Part shown: one piece after another, positions 52,900 through 64,000 of the stretch
How positions within the stretch are numbered: position 1 is the stretch's first letter
Layout of the letters: each line of letters starts with the position of its first letter
Source of the DNA: Sarea resinae
Lineage: Eukaryota
Reading direction: 5' to 3'
NCBI GenBank assembly: GCA_026026165.1
Contig: JAPEUD010000047.1
Span: 62,001-126,000, forward strand
DNA: 64,000 nucleotides
Program-made: the position numbers and the translations under genes
The notes under the pieces: model-generated
Database searches by the model: none
What the model saw: only the letters and a program-made list of their open reading frames with translations
Told to the model about the DNA's origin: nothing

Positions 52900-55750
52900 A
52901 GGAGATGATCTCGCATCATATGAGAACATTGACGCAGCTATATAGAGGAGGGTACAGGCGGCGCCAATGGATGAATAGCTTTTGCAAAAAGCTAGAGGAT
53001 AGAGAGACCATCATCAGAATTCACTTGAAATGAGAAAACAGACTGGACCGACTATGCCTTGCAAGGAAAAATCGAGAGTTGGAGGAGAGAAGGAGACGCC
53101 ATCATTCGAGGTCAAGAGCATATTTCGATCACTATATGACACCCGAGGACATGTCTCAAGGAACTCGGTCAAGCTTCAGGTCATTAAATCTGTACATCCC
53201 AGTCATTGGCAGGGCTACCTGACAAAAGACACAGAGCGATAAGGCGCCCTCCTTGAATTAGAAAGGCGAGAGATAATCGCTTTAACAGACCTTGGTGCCA
53301 CCTCAATAGTGACTCGGGTCATCTGGGTCATCGGAGTAAAAGCCAAACCGGATGTCAAGAGGCGTGAGTGCCTCAAGGATAATGGAGAGCGAGGAACAGA
53401 TATTTGTCAGGGAAACTGTCTTGAAAACTTTATTTACCGTCCGCTTTCAAAGAGCGTATCCGTCTCGCTCCTCTGCTGCTCTTCAAAGATCAATATCGAG
53501 CTTGATAACGCGGCAGGTAGAAGTGAATGCAAGGGAACTTCTATCATCGTCTGGGAATGCAGATCTGAGGGCCGGCAACAAGGATGACAACGTAAGACTG
53601 TCGTTGATCCCAGAACTGATAATTTTCCAATCATCTGCGGATCCTAAACGTAGCCAGCGATCAGCCAAATTCGAGCTTACGTTTAAGTGGGATAGCGGGG
53701 ACTACGTCCATCGAGTCGATGGCAAGATGATCCAGATAACCTTGCCTGTTAGACTAGATATATATACGGCTCAACGCAAACGGAGTCTGGACACTGTCCC
53801 GTGGACACTGAGCAATCCTTAGGAGCTCCCGCTCGCCAAGTGCCACAAAGACATCAAAGTCATGGGTGTCCGATTCGATCAAAAATTTATTCAAGCAGAT
53901 GACTTGCGTCAGGTCCCAGATAGGCAGCTGTCGCACGCTGGCCTACTCAGATGCCGGGACTATAGCTAATGGCCACCAGAGTCCACTAGGCCACCAGATT
54001 CTTGTTGAACTCATGGAAGCGGATGAGACCAAACTCTGCTGACTTTACATTGTCAAGTAGGATTGGCCATAAACGTGATGCCTGTTGCAGGAGCTCTCGG
54101 TCTTGTCGACAAGAGGTCATCTCCGACTAAAATCACCAACCAATGATTATTTACTGTTGCACGCAAGCTAGAGATCCTCGCGAACTCGAAAATATATACC
54201 GGCATTGGCCTGCTAATATCAAATCACAAGGGAACACAAACAGGCCAAAGATCCAGATAACACGCACATTGGGCTATTGCCAGTGTAGTGAGGAATATAA
54301 ATTTCTGGTCAATCTCTCGCGTGCTTGGGACGAGGCAGACGCAGAGTCGGGCTGTGATGTCACGAGTGAGCTCCAGGACTACATGGACGCCGCATACGGC
54401 GCCAGCAATCAACGCGCAGGCATGATTGCGCTGGGAAGGGGCCGAAATGGCTGAAGCACGTAGAGTAGGTAGATTTGGCCCTCTCCTTCCTCTATTCTTC
54501 CTAATATTCGAACACCTACTTATAAGGATGGATGTTTCGTGAGTGACTACTTTGGTCCATTTACTGGCCAAGAACCCATTCTGGTCCGACGATGCAAAAG
54601 TCGTGGCGGAGAAAAGGTTTGGGATAGCAAGTCACTTTGCAGGTGTCCTATCGGTACGTTTTCTTGCGATGCTGATGATGAGCAAAGACAAATCCGCCAA
54701 AGACCTGGATGGCCGGCCGCTCATTGATCTACCACCGGCCCACCGACAGCAGCGAGACGTTCGCCACATGCCTGCTGCCGCCGCCTTGTCTTCCGGACCA
54801 TGTCATGTTCATCGAATCTCCGCTTATTCTACTCAAACACCACTTTTACCAGCCTACTCGCATCGTGGTATCTATCTCCTGGACGGTATTAGTACAAGCC
54901 TGCAAGTATTCTGGATACAAGTCGCAGTGGCTGCACGACTCTAGCTTCTATTTCTATTTATCTGCCATCTATTGCCAAATCCCTGCCAGAAGGCTGTCTA
55001 GAGCACTATCACTAGCATCTGCAATGCCTGCATCAGGCCTCAATCTTGTGTCGATGCTATTAACATTCCTCGGCAGACAATACTCTACAGTCATGCCAAC
55101 AGATATTTGATAAGCCGGTTCGCCACTGTTGGTCTTTGGTTTTTGTTAGCTATAGATAGCAAGACGCATGCAGGAAACATAAGTTCGAAGAAGAACCTTG
55201 AGAGGTTTTTCGATAGACAAGTATGCCGTTGACCGGATTCGAAAAGGGTCTTTGCGATCGAGAATGTGGGAATAGATAGGGAGTTCCTCGTGGAAGCTGT
55301 GCGCAAGCATCTCAGAGTATGGAAGATTATGAACAGAAAACATTCAGGGATCTGAACTCTGATCTCTTTCAAGTCGTGTATAGCATGCTGGTCAGAGAAC
55401 GAGAGCCTGTCATGCCAGAACGCACTAAGGTACTCATACGAGAACCACAGGTTCAGGCCAAGGATCCACAGGAAACCCAAAAAGCAGATAGCTATCAGGG
55501 CAGCCACATCAGGTTTTATAAGGATTACCGCGTCTTGTCTAGTCCAGCGGTTTGACTATCTGACTTATGCAAGAAACGTTTGGTATACACCGGCCTGGCG
55601 AGCAGTGGCGAAGCACGACGATCTTTCGGCCATCTCGACAAGCAAGGAAATCAACTGGCATGGGAACGAAAGCCGGATTACATAGGGACCTCAGGCAGAA
55701 TACCTGCCGTACATAAGGTCATTAGTCGGCTCTCCTGTCTCTGTCATGAC
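52900..55750 (+). pseudogene. Degenerate SNF2-family helicase (with possible N-terminal extension)
   Basis: Eroded motifs in SNF2 order across frameshifts: QILVELMEADETK (I), MIIYC..ENIYRHWP (Ia), MIALGRGRN (II), ILPNIRTP (III), LMMSKDKSAKDLDGRPLIDLPP (RRTK..G.P...LPP), SSK..PDSKRVF (IV) and TKVLI (V). Confidence 0.5.
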
Positions 55751-56599
55751 CCCAGACGTCCGGAGAAAGGAAAGGCAGAAAGCAGAGGAGTTTAGCTATT
55801 TGATAGCGTCTCAGCAACTGCGTCCTCTTTTTCTCTCTGTCTTCTTATCATAATTATTAGCCTTGTCCTGCTCTCTTCATATTCGGTGTACATAGGTTGA
55901 CTTTATCAATATCACAATGTCCTTCTTTTTCGTTAGAATCGTAACTTTCACTTTTCAGGTGTAGCTTGTAGGCCAGACTGCAATCTAGAAAGAGGCTTAG
56001 AATGCAATTACATGCTCAGTAGCATATACATAGATTTCCTATTTCACTATACAGAAAGGGGTAGAGCTTTCTAGTTCTTGAAACTAGAAAGAATAATGTG
56101 ATGTCAAATCTAGCTACGCGATTAATTAGTAACTGCCAGGTTACAAGTAAATTGGCTATATTGAGACTATAAGTGTAAAAATTGATGTGCGTTTGGAAAT
56201 CGGTCATTTCAGGGTAGGACAAGGGTCGAAGCTGATATTGAGAGACCTACCTATAAAGCAAGGACGTGCCATTTGAGATCCTCATGAAGTGGCAGGCGTG
56301 GTGCAGGGAGGCTCCTGTCAAGAGTACTCTACCCTCCGTAAACCATTACGCTTCACTATAGATGGACCGCACTTTCCCTGAGCAGACCGTATCGATCGAA
56401 GCTGGAAGCTGCTGCATGCCCTATCGGAATGGTATCGTGCATCATTCAAGTATCCTCCATGCCCATTTTTCGAGAATGGAAAGCGCTACCGGAAAGGGGG
56501 GTGGTGCAGATGATGCTTCAGACCCGAAGCGTTGTTTGCTGTTATTAACTTCGAAAGAGGAAGAGCGTCCCGTACCATGTCCCAGGTGATGCACGCGCC

Positions 56600-57609
56600 A
56601 TTCAGAGATTGATATGTCTCCGTGTTGCTTCTGACCAGGAACAAGCTTCCCACGCTGCCTCTCTCTCTCATCTAGTACCGGGTTGCTGTCCAGGCTTCGG
56701 AGAGCAGAGACACCTCTGGAAGACCCGCGCATGCTCTCTACTCGCGCCATCTTACACTCACATCCCCATTCTCCTACGCAGAGCCCAGAATGGACGGACA
56801 AGAGCGCCAGAGGCGGTCGATGAGATTCTTAGATGCTATGTTTACCGAAGTGAGTGCTCCCCGAAAAATAATCGCCAGATGGGTTTCATTTCTGACAACA
56901 AGCACGGCAGGCTGCGCGAGCTTACGAAGCTGGCCAGTATGGACGGGTGTGCGAGATGATGGTTCAGATGTGCCGCGAACGGGATGTGCCAGTGCATTGG
57001 ATAGCACGAGGTATCATGGTTGCAGCGGTAGCTCAGGCACGCCGAGGCTTCCCGTTAGAGGCGGTCAAGTTTGCCAAGGAAGGCGTGCGGCTCTTCACGT
57101 TGCTGCACGAGCTCGATCCCTATAATTTCGAAGCTTTAGAGGAACTTGGCATGGCTGGACAAACTCTGAAAAATTCGACCATTCTCGCCGAACGCACCCT
57201 ATGCTTCAACGAGGAGGACCACAACGGCAGCGACCTCCATCCTAGACCGAGATATTACAATCTCTTCGGGGACACTACGGATATGAACGGCATGGTGCTG
57301 GATAGGTCCCGTATGGGGCCCGGACAGCGGCCACGTAAAGAAGGTCAGGAATCCGTAGGAGCAAGGTCCTTAAGACTGAGTCTTGCTGCAATGCGACACG
57401 CGCTGTCTCCCCCTGGGGTTAGACTAAGTCAACTAAGCTGCCGGCCGCGGGAACCTGCAATAAGCGCTCGACCTATCAACGTGCAAGCATCCGAGCATCT
57501 GCAAGTCGTACCTGAAGCTCCACAATCACAGCAGGAGTCGGAATCACCACTGTCATCGCAGTCGCCAAGCAGCTCCGAGCCGGGGTCACCGCAGTCATCG
57601 CCGTGGTAA
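56600..57609 (+). pseudogene. Frameshifted relic with a helical, TPR-like fragment
   Basis: Overlapping ORF pieces in different frames, including a 220-codon piece (..EAVKFAKEGVRLFTLLHELDPYNFEALEELG..). Confidence 0.35.
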
Positions 57610-58510
57610 ATTGAAATACAGCACAGGGACGCACTTCAGACGCGGAGGAGAGAATGATCAAGGTGCCACACAGTGCTTCGGACCTTCGAAGGGTTTCAGA
57701 GGGTCGTGATTATCAATTTTGGGATTGCAATTGGAGTATCGAGTCGATGTCATTGGTTTGAGTGTTTCGTGAGCTTTGGTGCTCCGGCTGCCGGGATATC
57801 GAGATAGGTATTGCATACATTCGTTTGAGCATTTCGATTTTCTTTCTGCTCTGACTTTTTCATCTGTTCGTGCCGGATTCGTGTTCCTGCCATAGAGAAA
57901 CGTGTCTAAGCAAAGGAAGCCGTGTTATTGAAACTGCTTACAATCTAACCGGGGCCTCCGTAATTGATAGCGTAGAGTACTCACACTTATGTACTCTTGA
58001 GACCAACGTGAGTTGAAGATCAGTAAGTCTCGTCCTTCCCCTTTCCAACTATACAAGATTAATCTAATCAGAGATTGCAAAGGCATCAAAGGGCCCCGCC
58101 ATTTGAAAGGGGACACTTGGCTGAACAGGGCGAAGTACTGATAACATGATTCTATTCGTGAAATCTAAGGTCTATCTGCTAGCCAGACAACCCATAGAAA
58201 GACGTCAAGGGAAATCATAAAGGAGGTCTAATGAGACACTCGCGAACGTAACACCCGAATATCTGGCGCGGGCTCCCTAGACCGCTGGAAATTTAAACCC
58301 CACCAGAACGACGACATATGCAGGTAGTTGTGACAAAAGAAAGTAGAGCAGAGAAAGCCCCGGCAAGGATTCTCGAAGCGTCATTAGACTTTTCCGTGCC
58401 ACCGTGACCCAAAGACCGCTCTGACAAACAAAGGAAATTTTAGGACGTGAGGGACAACGTGTCAACGTGAGGCAGAAATTGTAAAGCATCCAGGTATCAT
58501 ATGCTTTCGC

Positions 58511-61500
58511 TTACTCCGAGTCGCTGAAGACTTCCTCACCACGCTTCCGTGCGGCCATCCTCTCCTTCTTCTTCTTGCGGGCCTCAGCCGAAGTAAGCTT
58601 CTTCTTCTTCTTTCCGGCAACGACCTTGTTACCTATGTAGACTGTTAGCATTTGCAGCGGCATGAGGAGCAGATTGGGGTTAAATACCCATAGCATCGAA
58701 GGTCTCATCTTCTTCACCCTTTTCTGTCAATCGAGGCCCACTTCCTTGACCTTGGACCCAATTGTGTCCAGACGGAGTCATCTTGCCGTCCAAGACAGCC
58801 CAAACTTCCTCAGTCAAATCCTTGGTGAATTCAGCAGAGTGTGTGATGATGATGACACCACCCTCGAATGCCTTGAGGGCCTTGGACAGAGCACCGAGAG
58901 AGTCGCGGTCGAGGTAGTTGGTAGGCTCGTCGAGAACAATTAAGTGGGGTCGTTGCCACGAGCAGGCAGCAAGGACGACCTTGACACGCTGACCGCCGGA
59001 GAGACCGCGCATGCGCGAATGAGAGACGAGCTCAGCGTCTAGACCGAAGTTGGCGCAGTGTTGCTCAATCTCCTTTCGGACCAGAGGACGGAACTGACCA
59101 CTGGCCAAAGCTTCCTTCTGATCAACCTCAGCAACCATCTTGCTGTGGGATGCAAGAATCTCAGTTCGGGGAATCCAGGCGTTGTCGGCAGTCATCATAG
59201 GAGTCCATCTCTCGTTCTTCTGGCCGACGTTCTCACCCAGAGCGAACGAGCACTCATATTCGTAAGAGTTCTTGAACTTTCTTCGAGAGTGGATACCAAT
59301 GACTCTTCGCTGAGTGCCCTCGACCTTGTAAATCTTGTCCATGGCCTTTTCATCCTCATCAGTGATGATCTTGTTGGCACGGTCCATGGTTTCACGATCC
59401 TCGCCAGTTTGGAAACGCCATTGGATGTACTCAGAGGGAGTCTTGTCCAGGTGGTTATCGATGTGAGCAAAAGCGTGCTGCTTGATGTAGGCAATACGGA
59501 TGTTCTCGTGCGTGTAAACGTCACCAATGGTTGGGATAAGCTCGCCAGTCAGGACGTTGATAAGCGTCGACTTGCCAGCACCGTTGGGACCAATGACAGC
59601 AATACGTGATCCAAGGGAGCACTGGAAGGTGATGTCGGAGATTTGGGGCTTGGATGTACCGGGATATTGGAAGGTCATGTTGCTAACGCGGACGATGGCC
59701 TTAGCCTTGGTCTTAACACCCTCGAGGAAACCGGGTTCTGGGAACTTGAACTCCATCTCAGAGGCACCAAGCTCGTAGTAGGAGCGTGCTGATGGGACAC
59801 GCTTGACGAACTCGCTGAGGTTTCCGCGATAGCGCTTCAGCTTGAAGCGCTCGTAGTGGATGACGTGTTGAATGACATGGTCGAGGAATTTGCTGTCATG
59901 GGAGACGATGATCGAAGTGCAAGGAGAGTTAATTAGGTATTGCTCAAGCCACTCAACATTCTTGACATCAAGATGGTTGGTAGGCTCATCGAGAAGAAGA
60001 ATATCAGGCTCCTCGAACACGGCACGGGCAAGAGCGAGCTTCATCTTCCAGCCACCAGAGAGAGCCGTGATAGGACCCTCGAACTGTTCCTGAAGGAAAC
60101 CGAATTCGAGCAACGTAGCCTCAATCTCGGACTTTGGTTTGTTCACACCAACATCTTCAAGTTTCTTCTGGGTCCAGCCAATGACGGTCTGCTCGGTATC
60201 GGCGGAGTCGAGATCGTGCTCAACGAAGACGGTCTTGACCTCGCTCTTCTTTGGGAAGCCCTCAACTTGCTCATTGTTGATGGCACGCATAAGAGTTGAC
60301 TTTCCTGAACCGTTGGGGCCCAAAAGACCGTAACGGTGACCACGCTTTAGGCGAAGACTGGTCTGGTTAAGTAGAATCTTGGCGCCGTAAGCCAAATTGA
60401 ATGTGCAGTTGCAAAGGTCTTCACCCTCCTCATCGTCAGCTTCAGTCTCTTCCTCGTCAGCCATGCCAGGCGAGGCACGCTTCCGGAGGGCATCGGCAAT
60501 GCTCTGAGCGTCTTCGTCACCAACAATGGCGACTATGTATGGCTTGGTGTTCTCGATCCAGCTGATCGCCTCGGTGTCCTTCTCATCGATGAGCTGACCA
60601 GCGATAGCAGAGATGTACTCGAGCGCAGGCTCGAACTTTGCAATGACATCCTTGTGCTTAGGAGCAAAGCAGTCCTTCAGGATGGCGAGGACCGTCTTAA
60701 TGTCACCAGCGTGGGACACCTCGGGAATCTTGCCATCTTTGACATCGCCGACACGAGTGAGGGTGTCAAGCGCTTGCTTGGTCTTCTCACGGGCCTCGGG
60801 ATCAGCCAAGGTGTCGTAGTTCTTTTCCAGGGCTGGCATCAGCTTAGGCAGGAAAGATGCCACGATCTGGGGATCTTCGACAAGCTTGCACATGTTGTCG
60901 ACGATGACAGCGGACTTTCGCTTAATGGCAGTCTCGCGCTCGACTAGACCACGGTCAAGTAGGGGAACCATGATAGCGAGAGTGGGTTGGTGAACGTCGG
61001 TGACGAAGGTGGTGGCACCGAGCAAGTGAACCGTCTCGGGGACGTTCTCCGGCTTGGCAATACACTTGATAAGTTCCGGAATGAAACGCTCGATATCCTT
61101 ATTGACGATCAGACCGCACACCTTCTCCATGGTGCCGTAGGCTGCCTTCTTGACTTCAGGCTTGGTATCCCACATCGACTCGGAGACGACGGGGATGAGA
61201 TCCGGAACCCGGTAGGCCAGTTGAGCCGGGGCAGTCTCAACGAGGGCTTCGATACACTTGAGACCGGTCATCTTCTCTGGCCATTTCTGGGCAGTGAGGA
61301 TAGAGTTGATAATCGGCGGGAGGACAGCCTTGACAGCATTGCCGTTGACTGCCTTCACGATGGCGAGAGCAGCAGCCTGGGCAGCGTTCTTGACCTGGCT
61401 CATCTTGTCGCCAACGGCGGCAAGGACGGGGCCGAGGAGAACGACCAAGTAAGGCTCGACAGCCGGTGAGACCGAGGAGTGCTCAGCAATAGCCTCGATG

Positions 61501-61893
61501 GCATTGAGAGCCCGCTCTCGGGCAGCAGCATCCTTCTTGTTCCCAAGCTGCTTCTTCAGCACGTCGACAGCCCTGCTTGAACGAACACGGTCAGTATATG
61601 GGTTGAAAAATGGGTAGACTTTACAGCGACCGACCAAATCTACCACGGTCGCTGAAGCGAGGAACATGAAAAAAAGATTTTAACACTTACTTAGTCGGCG
61701 CATCGTGCTCCTCGATATCACCGTTGATGAAGGATGCAATATCCCTCGACACGGAGTTCGTCTCATCTTGAGTCTTGGAGATGGAGAGGCGTTGAAGCAG
61801 CTCGTCGAGAAACTTGATAGATTTCAAGTTCTCAGTCTTGATGTTCGCCTCGGTGTGGGTGTTGGAGTCCATAACGTCAATAGCAGGAGCCAT
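58511..61893 (-). CDS. YEF3: Translation elongation factor 3 (eEF3)
   Basis: Exons 61893-61691, 61572-58688 and 58632-58511. HEAT N-terminus, [15 protein letters not shown], two ABC cassettes ([19 protein letters not shown] and [13 protein letters not shown]), chromodomain insert, C-terminal [21 protein letters not shown]. Confidence 0.98.
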
Positions 61894-64000
61894 GAGGTCG
61901 ATTTTCGAGATGTTCTGGAGGTGAGGATGTAGGTCGTAAAAAGGTCTATTGGGGTATTAAGAAGAGTAAGGTGGCGCTTCAACTGGGAGAAAAGCTGAAA
62001 ATCTATTCCGAGTGCCGACAGGAAGGTGTCGGATTCAGCCCACGCGACGATGCGATCGTAACGCAAGTCGCGCTCTAAACGGCTTCTCTAGTGCAAAGCA
62101 GTGCAGAGATGACGACAAAGATACTGACTCCGAAAAGATAGGAGTAGTAATAGAGATAATGGGGGAAGAGAGTGAGGAGAGACGGATGCTGAAAGAAAGG
62201 AGGAAAGGAGAGAGATAGCAGCAGGAGCGCTCGTACTTATTGATTGAGTGGCAGCAAAAAATTTCTTAGTCTCTCGCTTGAACGATGAATGGAAGTCGGC
62301 GGAGTACTTGCCTGAGGTACCTGAGGTACCAGTCGGCCTCGTACCCTTGCCGGCTCTACCTGACACTAAGCAGGGCTCAAGCCAAATTGGTTGGTCATCG
62401 GAAGGCCATGGTGCAAGTCGATCTACTCGCTGTGTACTGCCTGATACGCAGTGCTCCGGGCTTCAATCAATGTATATTGCAGTGCCCTCTACCGCCCCAG
62501 CCTTAACTCAGCCGAGGAGGGAAAAGGATGAGATCCAGGATCTTATTCATCTCATCTCACCGTCCCAATCATGTCCCGTCCCATCAGACATGGGCGCCCA
62601 CTCTCTATCGCAAGACCGCGGACGGAGTACTTTGTGGCAAGTCACTTATCAGTTTGCCCCAAATTTGTAGGACGATACCGCAGGGCAGCCTTGAACTTTT
62701 CTCTCCCTTTGAATTATTCGCTCATCGCTCATAGATTATCATCGATGCTCTCAGCTCACTGTTTCCACTTTCGTAGGAACCCTCTCCTATGAGATACTAC
62801 CAAAGTGCACCTTGGCTATGCCGTGACCCTGTTTGGAGGATGCTGTAAGATGGATGGATGCTTTCCATCGGTCCTCTAATACTGAGTAGCACCGCGAACA
62901 GAACGAAGTTCCTGTACCTACCGCAGTACTATCTTTCGCCCTTCTCATTTTTTTGCCACCTCAGCCCCCCCTCGTTCCCTTTCAACCCAAGGTACCTACA
63001 GTACATCTACCTCTTTCAAGTTTCATGCGTCAGGCTTCAGGCTAGACATTAGTCGCGTCGCTCTTGGTTGCCCTAGCCAACCAATTACAGGTCCTCAGAT
63101 GTAACCTTCTGGAACCCCGGCAACCCCCCTCGTCCCTCTCGTCGTTGCCGTTACTCGAATATTGTCAACAGGCTCGAATATCCCATGCCCTCCCAAATGG
63201 CCCTGCGTACTGCGCCGTACTCTGTACTCCCTAGGCCGGATCTTATCCCTTATCCTCCGCAACATGACAAAAGTCAATCGTTCGTCGGACGTGGCCCGAA
63301 GTATCTCCCCCGCCCTAGTCATGTCTCCATTCAACGGATCGAGTACCCGGTCGTCGTGGTCGACACTTAAGCCCCAACCAAAATAAATGCGTCATGCTAG
63401 TACCTTGTCGCCCTTCTACATTACACGCACGCCAAGGTACCCTCTTTGTCCTCTGCATTGATGATAATCTTAGTACTGGACGAGTACCCGTTGTTGTTGT
63501 GGGCGGATCCAATACTCAACATCATACCTTAACCGTTAGGTTGTTGATTGGTATGGGTGTCCCGAGGGCGCTTACCTACGACTGCAAGATGCAGGGCAAC
63601 ACATCACAGCGAACGTCCCTCATCCGCAGCATCCCATGATTGAAGCAGACATCTCCTTTACCGGAAAGCAATAAAAGCCACCAATTCTCGCTACAAGCCA
63701 TTGAGCCAGGATGCAAATACCGGAATGAACGAGATCCCTTTGATCCGGTCAGTCGTTGGGTACGGCAGCATCCATGGATCGCCGTGAACGAACCCTCCGT
63801 AGTCATTGCGTCGCATCAAATCATCTCATCTCAACCTTGAAGAGTCTAGAGTAGGTCAGATTTCCCCACGAAGAGCAAGCAGCGGCTGCAACAGAACACT
63901 CGTACTAGGCCGGAAGCATGTCTATCGCCATCTTACTTTGCTTCCCTCCTGTACAACCCAAATAGCCTCAAAGATGCCTGTCTGTCACCATTCCAGATCG

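Noticed and set aside
61573..61667. Alternative eEF3 start at 61667 given by the ORF track
   Set aside because: It lies in intron 1 in poor context; the conserved N-terminus is in exon 1.

Overview
Intron-containing genomic DNA of a filamentous ascomycete (Pezizomycotina-type GT..CTRAY..YAG introns). Most of the window is gene-dense housekeeping sequence. In order it carries: a GYF-domain protein (3'-truncated), a low-complexity orphan, a Pro-rich membrane protein, LSM4, a PPR protein, PTEN/TEP1, the septin CDC3, an FAD-dependent aromatic monooxygenase, POM33, a SulP/STAS transporter, a degenerate pepsin-like protein, MCM3, MRPL3, a NUUM-like complex I subunit, MAK32, SRV2/CAP, LHP1 (La), NAM9 and eEF3. 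The exception is ~48.7-57.9 kb, between NAM9 and eEF3. This island of co-oriented decayed genes includes a SNF2-like helicase relic and a spliced ORF whose two adjacent introns share one hairpin with a compensatory base-pair swap. Other points worth checking: two interlocked 9-bp helices in eEF3 intron 1, an intergenic C-box plus a 13-nt antisense element to a methylated LSU rRNA site, a TAATG-coupled uORF on the SulP gene, and in-frame alternative starts in first introns. All gene names come from my recall of motifs, not from database searches. I cannot claim a confirmed new system.
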